Assembly (NCBI GenBank): GCA_033763315.1
Contig: JANRKS010000035.1
Span: forward strand, 32,001 to 96,000
Reading direction: 5' to 3'
Source of the DNA: Deltaproteobacteria bacterium
GTDB lineage: Bacteria > Myxococcota_A > Polyangia > Fen-1088
DNA: 64,000 bases
The notes under the pieces are model-generated. The model saw nothing but the letters and a program-made list of their open reading frames with translations, did not search any database and had not been told where the DNA came from. Every line of letters starts with the position of its first letter. Position 1 is the first letter of the stretch. This document shows, piece by piece, positions 56,790 through 64,000 of the stretch. The position numbers and the translations under genes are program-made.

Positions 56790-57754
56790 CCAGGGCAAGC
56801 ACCGAGCCCATCATCGAAACGCGAGCCCTCAGCCGCAAGTTCGGCAGCTTGGTGGCCGTTCGCGATCTCAACCTACGCGTGAACAAAGGCGAGATCTTCG
56901 GCGTATTGGGACCCAACGGCGCGGGCAAATCAACCACCATCCGCATGTTGTGCGGCATCTTGGATCCCACGGGCGGCACAGGGAAAGTGGTGGGCTTCGA
57001 TGTAGCGACGCAACCCGAGCGCATCAAGGCGCACATCGGGTACATGACCCAACGCTTCAGCCTCTATGAAGATCTCACCGTGCAAGAGAACCTAACGTTC
57101 TATGCCGGGCTGTATGGCGTACCGTTCGCAAAGAAGCGCGCGCTTGTGAATGAGGTTATGGAACGCACGGAGCTTGCTGGCCGCCGCAAACAGTTGGCAG
57201 GCACGCTGTCCGGTGGTTGGAAGCAGCGTGTGGCCTTGGCCAGTGCCACCATTCACGATCCGCCGCTGTTGTTTTTGGATGAGCCCACCGCAGGCGTGGA
57301 TCCCGTGAGCCGGCGTGATTTCTGGGAACAGATCCATCTGCTTTCCGCCAAGGGCACAACCGTTCTATTGACCACGCATTACATGGATGAAGCCGAGCGT
57401 TGCCACCGCTTGGCCTTCATCTTCCGCGGCACCGTGCTTGACGAAGGAACACCGGAGGACGTGGTGGCGCACCGTCATCTCAACGTGGCCGAGCTGCGCG
57501 TGGACGCTGCGGTGAAAGCGGCGGCGAAACTACGGGCAGAGCCCGATGTTGATGAAGTGGCGCACTATGGGCACACGTTGCGCGTGGCCACGCGTGGGGT
57601 TGATGCTTTGGCCTTGGCACAGCGGGTGTGCCAAGCGAACAACATCACGATCGAAGGCGCGCAGCCTTCGCGGCCCACGGTGGAAGATGCGTTCGTGTCG
57701 ATGGTGCGTGAAGACCGTCGCCAACAGGGCACGCCCCAGGAGCACGCGTCGTGA
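56786..57754 (+). CDS. ABC transporter ATP-binding protein (YbhF-like)
   Basis: GPNGAGKST, GYMTQRFSLY, LSGGWKQR, LDEPTAGVDP, TTHYMDEAE. Confidence 0.93.
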   Translation: MTRASTEPIIETRALSRKFGSLVAVRDLNLRVNKGEIFGVLGPNGAGKSTTIRMLCGILDPTGGTGKVVGFDVATQPERIKAHIGYMTQRFSLYEDLTVQENLTFYAGLYGVPFAKKRALVNEVMERTELAGRRKQLAGTLSGGWKQRVALASATIHDPPLLFLDEPTAGVDPVSRRDFWEQIHLLSAKGTTVLLTTHYMDEAERCHRLAFIFRGTVLDEGTPEDVVAHRHLNVAELRVDAAVKAAAKLRAEPDVDEVAHYGHTLRVATRGVDALALAQRVCQANNITIEGAQPSRPTVEDAFVSMVREDRRQQGTPQEHAS

Positions 57755-58881
57755 TATCGCGGCCCTTGGCCATCGCGTGGAAAGAGCTGCGCCAGCTGCG
57801 CCGCGATCGGCTGACGATGGCGATGATGGCGGTGCTGCCCGTGTTGCAACTGATGCTGTTCGGCTTCGCCATCAACACGGACGTGCGCCACCTGCCGATG
57901 GTGGTCTACGATCAAGCGCGTTCGGCCGAAAGCCGCGATCTCGCGCGCAGCCTCGTGGCCACGGGCTTCTATGACATGGTGGGCGACGTGCGCAGCTACG
58001 CCGAAGTGGAGCGCGCCATGCGGGCCGGCACCGCCAAAGTGGCTCTGGTGGTGCCCCCCGACTACACGCAAGCTTTGATGAGGCGAGATCGAACGGCCAA
58101 GCTGCAGTTGATCATTGATGGCTCCGATCCACAAACGGTAGGTAGCGCCTTGAACACAGCGTCGTCGCTGATTGCCGCGCGTTCCACCGGCCTCATGCTG
58201 GCCCGGGTCGCAGCCGTGGCCGGCACACGCACTGTGCTGCCAATCAACATTGAACCCAACACTTGGTACAACCCCGATCTGCGCACCGCCGTTTATATCG
58301 TACCGGGCCTGGTGGGCGTGATCTTAACCATGACGATGGTGATGCTCACGTCGATGGCGATCGCCCGCGAGCGAGAACGCGGCACGCTGGAACAATTGAT
58401 CGTGTCTCCCATCAACCGGCTTGAGATCGTGCTTGGCAAGATGTTGCCCTACATTGCGATCGGCTACATGCAGATGACGATGATTCTGCTCGCCGGGCGC
58501 ATCGTTTTCCGTGTGCCGATCGTGGGCTCGTTGACTTTGCTTTACGGCGTGGCGTTTTTGTTTATTGCGGCCAATTTGGCTTTGGGTTTGGTGTTTTCAA
58601 CGGTGGCCACCACGCAGCAGCAAGCCATGCAGATGTCATTCTTCTTTTTGCTACCCAACATCCTGCTCTCAGGCTTCATGTTTCCCTTCGAATCCATGCC
58701 AGCGCCCGCGCGCGCGCTTTCGCAATTGCTGCCACTCACCCATTTTTTGCGACTCGTGCGCGGCATCGTGCTTAAAGGCAGTGGATTCGCCGATCTGGCG
58801 CATGAGTTGCTGCCACTTTCGATCATTCTTGTGACCTTGGTGACGCTGGCAGCGTTGCGCTTCCGAAAGAAGTTAATCTAG
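57751..58881 (+). CDS. ABC-2 type permease (YbhS/YbhR-like)
   Basis: KELRQLRRDR, WYNPDL, AIARERERGTLEQL, LLSGFMFP. Confidence 0.92.
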   Translation: MISRPLAIAWKELRQLRRDRLTMAMMAVLPVLQLMLFGFAINTDVRHLPMVVYDQARSAESRDLARSLVATGFYDMVGDVRSYAEVERAMRAGTAKVALVVPPDYTQALMRRDRTAKLQLIIDGSDPQTVGSALNTASSLIAARSTGLMLARVAAVAGTRTVLPINIEPNTWYNPDLRTAVYIVPGLVGVILTMTMVMLTSMAIARERERGTLEQLIVSPINRLEIVLGKMLPYIAIGYMQMTMILLAGRIVFRVPIVGSLTLLYGVAFLFIAANLALGLVFSTVATTQQQAMQMSFFFLLPNILLSGFMFPFESMPAPARALSQLLPLTHFLRLVRGIVLKGSGFADLAHELLPLSIILVTLVTLAALRFRKKLI

Positions 58882-59498
58882 TGCCGCGCCCCAAGTCCAA
58901 CATCGACAAACGCATCCTTGCCGCCGCCAAAGGCTTGTTCTTACGCAGCGGGGTCGACAGCACGTCGCTGCGCCAGATCGCGCAGGACGCGGGCACCAAC
59001 ATCGGGATGGTGTATTACTACTTTCCGTCCAAAGACGAGATCTTCTTTGCGCTGGTGGATGACGTCTATGGCCGGCTTCTTGCCGATCTCGAGCGTGGCC
59101 TATCGCTTGCGGGCGTGGAAGGCACGCCCACGATCGAAAACCGCCTGCGGCAGCTGTTCTTGCGATTGGGCGCGGTCACCAACGACGAAGTGGACGTAAT
59201 TCATCTGGTCTTGCGCGAGGCGCTCAGCTCCACGGAGCGCCGCCAACGCCTCATCGAACGGTTCATGAAGGGGCACATACCGCTCGTGTTCAAACATCTT
59301 CTGCAAGGTCAAGCCGCAGGCGAACTAAGGACCACGTTACACCCCATGGTCTTGTTGTTCTCCACGTTCGCCCTGGCCGGGCCGCCCCAGATCATGCGCA
59401 GACGCGCGACGATGCCCGTAGCACTGGTCCCCGAAGGCAGCGGGCTTTCAGAGCAGCTTCTGGAGGTACTGCTGCACGGGATCTCGAAGAACCACTAG
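58881..59498 (+). CDS. TetR family transcriptional regulator
   Basis: ILAAAKGLF...TSLRQIAQDAG...MVYYYFPSKDEIF. Confidence 0.92.
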   Translation: MPRPKSNIDKRILAAAKGLFLRSGVDSTSLRQIAQDAGTNIGMVYYYFPSKDEIFFALVDDVYGRLLADLERGLSLAGVEGTPTIENRLRQLFLRLGAVTNDEVDVIHLVLREALSSTERRQRLIERFMKGHIPLVFKHLLQGQAAGELRTTLHPMVLLFSTFALAGPPQIMRRRATMPVALVPEGSGLSEQLLEVLLHGISKNH

Positions 59499-59594
59499 CC
59501 GAGCTCACCCCGCGAGCCATTTCCGGCAACCACGGCCAAGCTCGCGCGATCAAGTGGCTCGCGAAGACACACCTATTCGGATGTTTTGATCTGT

Positions 59595-62500
59595 TTATGG
59601 CAACTCCATCCAACCAGTTTGTTGAAATCGAAGTCCACCGTTGCGGGTTACATCGCTGATGGCACCACCCGCCAGGAAGGTTTGGTTCAGCTGATTCGTA
59701 ACGTCGTGAACTTTGCCTTGCGAGTCTGTGTAAACCACTTTCTTGTCCACGATTACGGCAGACGTTACCGCCTCGTTGACGAGGCCGAGGCCGGCCCGCT
59801 GCTTGAGCGCATAAGAGCCAACGTCCATCGTATGCAAGAGTAGGTAGGAGCGACCGAAACCGCACACCGTTGTGGGTGGGGCGTACCAAAGCGACATGAT
59901 GAGGAAGCCTGTGCCATCGGCCTTCAACACAGCCAAAGGCGTGCTGGTGGGCCGCGCGTTGGCTGGCAACACCTGCGTGCATGCCCCTGCGCCACTGTTG
60001 CCCGAGGGATCCCAAATGCCGCACATTGAAGACGTGCCCACCACAAACTCCAGCTGACCGCCCCCGGTCCATGTGAGATCTGGCGCAATGCCGCCGGCGC
60101 TTGAGGTGCGTGTTTCCTTTCGAATGATCATCTTCGAGGGGGCAAACGCCTCAGTTTCCGGGTCAAGAGCGCTATTGGTGACTTGAACGACGTACACATC
60201 GCCGGGGTGGTTCAAGGGATCGTCCCTATCCAACTGCACAATCGTGGGGGCAAAATGCAAAGGCTGATTGCAGCCAAATCCCTTCACAAGACTCAGGTTG
60301 CCTGTGGTGCCGGTGTTGTTGTTGGCTCCCACTTGACTCGGAACGTAGCGCCAAAGGTTGCCCCACGTGTCGCCAAAGAAGGCGCCCAACATTTGCTGCT
60401 GCTCGCGGAAATCAAAGTTGCGCGCAGCGGCCACGTCAGTGAGGGCCGTATGTTCGATAGAGCAGGCAGAGGCGGTTATGGTATCGGAGTCCAATAGCGC
60501 GCCATTGCGGGCGGATACGTTCAAAAGAGTGATACCTTGCGCCGATGATGTGGGTGGATTTGAGCGATAACCCGAGGCATACACAACGCGATAGTCATCC
60601 TTGGCATTGCCCTTGCCATAGTAGAAGGCGGGCACGGACACAGTGTCGCCTTGATACGCGTCGAACAGCGCCTTATCGGCAGGCGTGACTGTATCGGTGT
60701 GCCAAATGATGTTAATGGGCGGGCTGTTAAAGTTGTTGGACACAAACGGGGTTGTTACGTCCAGCATGAAAGATTCCTGACCACCCCATCCATCAGTCAT
60801 CACCAAGATGGATTTCCACACAGCGGTGGCATCGTCGTCGCAGTTTTGCCAACACACATTCTTCATTTTGGGCGAACTTGTCAGTCCAAACACGTGCTGC
60901 CGCGGATCAGCCTTCTGTCCCCCTTGCGTGTATAGATTGGTGACGGCTCTAAGCATGTCAGGCGGGATGTAAGCGAAGGCCTCTTCGCCGCCCTTAAAGG
61001 CACGCCCCCCAACGGTGGTATCGCGAGTGAAGAACGCGTGTAACAAACCATCGTCCCCCGCCGCATACACCAAGCTTATGCGGTTCTTCTGTTCGTCAAA
61101 GAATCGTTTGCCTCCGGGCAAGGCGCTTAAGCCCGCCGGGCCGACTTCAATCGGTGTCGAATTCACGAAGGCCCCTAATACAGCTTTGTTGCGCTGGCGT
61201 GGATCGCCCAACATCCACTGTGCGATACGCTCGGCTTCCACATCGGTGTTGCCTAGGCCCAACGCCAACAATTGATCCCGGTTGAGGATGGCGCCTGAAT
61301 TGGGTTCAATCTGGAACGGCACCATCACACCACCGGCTGACGTATAGACCAGCCGCTTTTTCCAAGCGGTCCAATTTTTGTATGTGAGAACATCATTGGG
61401 ATCGGGGAAATTGGCGGGGCTGCCTGCGTCCCACATCAGCTTTGGCTGCAAGGTCACCGGATCGATATCGGCCGTGTCGTACGCCAACAAGTGCCCACGC
61501 CAGCTCGGAAAGTCCACGCGCGCGTCGAACAAAATTCCGCCAGGTGTAACCTTCTTTTCGTCAACCTGCGTACCCGACGTGGCAGAAGCGGGCGTGGTGG
61601 AATACGAACCTTTGATGGCATCGAAAATCACCGCTTGAATGGCTTCCTGCAGTTCCGTTTCGTTGTTCGCCAAGAACATGCACTTATCGTTGGTGCCGCT
61701 TGGATCCAACGTGTTGTCGAACGGAGCCCGGCAGGTGCCACCCGCACGCGCAATGTTCTCGTTCACCGTGCCTGGTATCCCGATGTTTGAGTCGGGCGAG
61801 AACCCGATGACGTACGTCTTGACGTTGAGGCCGCCTTTGGCAACCGTTTGCCGCAGCTTAAGGGCGTTGATCACAGACTTGCACTGGCAGGTGGGGCCCA
61901 CGGAAGCGTTCGGATCGTCCCATTGCACACGGCAGTCAGGGTTGAAGCAAGTGGATGTGCCCGTCGCATCCACATCCCCTGGCCCGTTTGTTTCGCCATC
62001 TGTGATGAGCAGGATGAAGTCATCGCGGCAAGGAATGGGATCGGTCGCATTGACATCCTCAAGGTAGTTCCAGGCGGAATGTCGCTTCTTGTCCGCAGGG
62101 GCAGGCATAGCTCCGGCGGCAAAGTCATTGATCAGCGCACATCCCACGGGGCCACGCTCCCAGTGCATAAAGCCGCCGTCGCGCGCCTTTTCGAGCATCG
62201 GTAGCATCTTGACGACGTTGGCCTTGCTTGTGGCTGGAACATCAGAAGTATCAATCAATGGAATCAAGTTCGGATCCCAACTGCCACCGCACTCTGCCGA
62301 GCACTTGTCCGCGCATTGGGCGCCGCGAATCGGCGGACGGTTGGCGCCGGCCTGCGGGTTCCAGTAGTAGTCGTTGCGGGGTTTAAAGTAGATATAAGGC
62401 TCACCCGCGATTGTGGTTGAGCGACCCTGATAGGTTTTCAAAAACGTGGGCTGGTCCCAAAGATCATAGTCGCCGCTGCTAACTGGATAGGTGTAACGAG

Positions 62501-64000
62501 CACCGGCAAACCTGCCGGTGCCCCGGGCGTCCGTCTTGCGGTCATCGTTGTCGAAGTCGTCGTCATCCTCGTAGATCAACCAGCCCTGGCTGATCGAGCT
62601 GATCACACACTTGTCACCACAGAATGGCTGATCCACTTGAATGAACCCGCCGTGTTTGTAGACGGTGTAGCGTGCGTTGACGCCACTACGAAGCGTATAG
62701 GTTGTTGAGCCAACAACGCATGTGGCATCGGGCCCCGCCGCGTTCGAGTAGCAGCCTTGCTCTTCGAGCTCGTCGCGGGTGAAGTACCGATCCTGATAGT
62801 TGGTGCCACCACCGCCGGTCTTTATCTTGTAGTACGGGAAGTAGTAGTCATCGGGCCAGCTGTCTTTATCGCTGGTATTGATCACACCATCCTTATTCCG
62901 GTCCCACGTGGTTCCATCAGCGCTGCCTTGGCTAAAGGCCATCAAACCAAAGTTCATGATGTCAGAATTGTTGAGCAGCACGTTCTTAAGAACGCGTTTG
63001 GCCACAACCGATCGGCTGGTGGCAGGCACGCATTCGTCGCCGGGATAGGTGCTGCAATGGGAGTCAACGGCGCAGAAAGTTTGCTGCATTCGGCACATCT
63101 TGGCCGGGCCCTTGTTCGCTTGGTTGATCACGCAAACATCGCTGTTGTTGACGCCGATGCACTGATTGACCTGTCCGCCTTGGCACACGTTGAGGGCAAC
63201 GTTGCATGAGTTGTCTTGACCGTTACAGGTGTTCACCTTACAGAATGCGCCAGCGCCTTGCGGCAAGGTATTCGCGGCCAATGCCGTCACTTCCGTTGAC
63301 GTCAAGGCTTTGTTCCAGATGGCAAGCTCGGAAATGTACCCATCAAGGAATTCACCACCAACCGCTACGCCGTTGGCTCCTGCACCCACAATAATGGGAT
63401 TGGAATTTGCGGCGAAGACGAAGCCCGGTTGTGTGTTGGTATCAACAAGGGTACCGTTCTTGTAGAGCTTCATCGTCGTTCCGTCGTACGTACCTACGTA
63501 ATGAACCCACGTTCCTGTCCCTGCGGCAACTGTGTCAGACACTGACTCGTTAAAGCTTCCGTTGTTCAGCACGAACGTCGGCACTCCGCTAGGGAACCAG
63601 ATTCCAAACGCGTCGTCCGTAAAGTTACCAAGCTGCTGATGGATCACCCAACGTCCCGCGTTGTTCAAAAGTCTGTAGACCCATGCGCTTACGGTAATTT
63701 GGTTGGTCGCTTTCCCAGACAGTACAGACGCTGGTAGCTGCCCATAGGCCCAGTAGGGATAGTGCAGCGCCTTGTCGGTGCCAGCACCCGTGTGGCCGAC
63801 TTGCCAGTTAGGCAAGCCGTTTGAACAGCCCGCTCCTGTTTGGTTGGTATTTGTTCCTGCGTTCGAGCAATAGTTTTGAATGGGGTTGTTGTAAACCGAC
63901 TGATCAGCGACAACCACTCCTGATCCTTCGTCAAACTTCCAGTGGCCAAGCAAGTTGCTGTTGGTTTGCGCGCCGCTGGCGGGTTCCGTCGCTTTGTTGC
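59595..64000 (-). CDS. PilY1-like type IV pilus tip adhesin with inserted LamG domain (5' end beyond the window)
   Basis: Frame open to the window edge; LamG, Cys-rich segment, vWA-like elements (NFGLMAF, ILLITDG, TYVIGF, IARAGGT), PilC propeller motifs (WRGHLLAY, LGAFVNSTP, DDGLLHAF, EAFAYIP, GDTWGNLWR). Confidence 0.82.
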   Translation of the reverse strand, partial: NKATEPASGAQTNSNLLGHWKFDEGSGVVVADQSVYNNPIQNYCSNAGTNTNQTGAGCSNGLPNWQVGHTGAGTDKALHYPYWAYGQLPASVLSGKATNQITVSAWVYRLLNNAGRWVIHQQLGNFTDDAFGIWFPSGVPTFVLNNGSFNESVSDTVAAGTGTWVHYVGTYDGTTMKLYKNGTLVDTNTQPGFVFAANSNPIIVGAGANGVAVGGEFLDGYISELAIWNKALTSTEVTALAANTLPQGAGAFCKVNTCNGQDNSCNVALNVCQGGQVNQCIGVNNSDVCVINQANKGPAKMCRMQQTFCAVDSHCSTYPGDECVPATSRSVVAKRVLKNVLLNNSDIMNFGLMAFSQGSADGTTWDRNKDGVINTSDKDSWPDDYYFPYYKIKTGGGGTNYQDRYFTRDELEEQGCYSNAAGPDATCVVGSTTYTLRSGVNARYTVYKHGGFIQVDQPFCGDKCVISSISQGWLIYEDDDDFDNDDRKTDARGTGRFAGARYTYPVSSGDYDLWDQPTFLKTYQGRSTTIAGEPYIYFKPRNDYYWNPQAGANRPPIRGAQCADKCSAECGGSWDPNLIPLIDTSDVPATSKANVVKMLPMLEKARDGGFMHWERGPVGCALINDFAAGAMPAPADKKRHSAWNYLEDVNATDPIPCRDDFILLITDGETNGPGDVDATGTSTCFNPDCRVQWDDPNASVGPTCQCKSVINALKLRQTVAKGGLNVKTYVIGFSPDSNIGIPGTVNENIARAGGTCRAPFDNTLDPSGTNDKCMFLANNETELQEAIQAVIFDAIKGSYSTTPASATSGTQVDEKKVTPGGILFDARVDFPSWRGHLLAYDTADIDPVTLQPKLMWDAGSPANFPDPNDVLTYKNWTAWKKRLVYTSAGGVMVPFQIEPNSGAILNRDQLLALGLGNTDVEAERIAQWMLGDPRQRNKAVLGAFVNSTPIEVGPAGLSALPGGKRFFDEQKNRISLVYAAGDDGLLHAFFTRDTTVGGRAFKGGEEAFAYIPPDMLRAVTNLYTQGGQKADPRQHVFGLTSSPKMKNVCWQNCDDDATAVWKSILVMTDGWGGQESFMLDVTTPFVSNNFNSPPINIIWHTDTVTPADKALFDAYQGDTVSVPAFYYGKGNAKDDYRVVYASGYRSNPPTSSAQGITLLNVSARNGALLDSDTITASACSIEHTALTDVAAARNFDFREQQQMLGAFFGDTWGNLWRYVPSQVGANNNTGTTGNLSLVKGFGCNQPLHFAPTIVQLDRDDPLNHPGDVYVVQVTNSALDPETEAFAPSKMIIRKETRTSSAGGIAPDLTWTGGGQLEFVVGTSSMCGIWDPSGNSGAGACTQVLPANARPTSTPLAVLKADGTGFLIMSLWYAPPTTVCGFGRSYLLLHTMDVGSYALKQRAGLGLVNEAVTSAVIVDKKVVYTDSQGKVHDVTNQLNQTFLAGGAISDVTRNGGLRFQQTGWMELP

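Overview
GC-rich bacterial chromosomal segment, most likely from Myxococcota (inferred from an MXAN_2562-type beta-barrel, an FHA-bearing sigma54 activator, a Ser/Thr kinase-STAND-TPR protein, a PilY1-like adhesin and Cys-rich lipoproteins). Housekeeping blocks (zapA-ygfA-rny, truA, plsC, recN-nadK, rpsU, prmA-rsmE, ffh, manA, lgt, dnaK) flank two accessory features. (1) An approx. 18 kb stress/dormancy-type block (24.4-42.5 kb): GT-glf-GH1/RmlD-GH2, treZ, FAD-Rieske oxidoreductase, GH15, ATP-grasp plus Zn-peptidase, BON, stress protein, topoisomerase IB and ATP-dependent ligase. Seven of its transcription units carry -24/-12 sigma54-type promoters. Six form three divergent pairs of nearly identical geometry, and all four control regions share a GTNAC-N14-16-GTNAC element at a fixed distance. 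(2) A three-gene module (45.7-51.8 kb): a kinase-STAND-TPR receptor, a 115-aa cationic protein of six 18-aa KSGVKAGG-Fxx-NHNRVLV repeats with its own sigma54-type promoter and phased upstream repeats, and a divergent FHA-AAA+ activator. Also present: an orphan duplicated FliD-like gene, a PAS-PAS-REC protein without a kinase core, a 58-aa gene missed by the ORF track, vapBC with operator palindromes, an ABC efflux operon and a 5'-truncated pilY1-like gene. No rRNA, tRNA, CRISPR or transposase was seen. All calls come from reading motifs by eye; no database searches were run.
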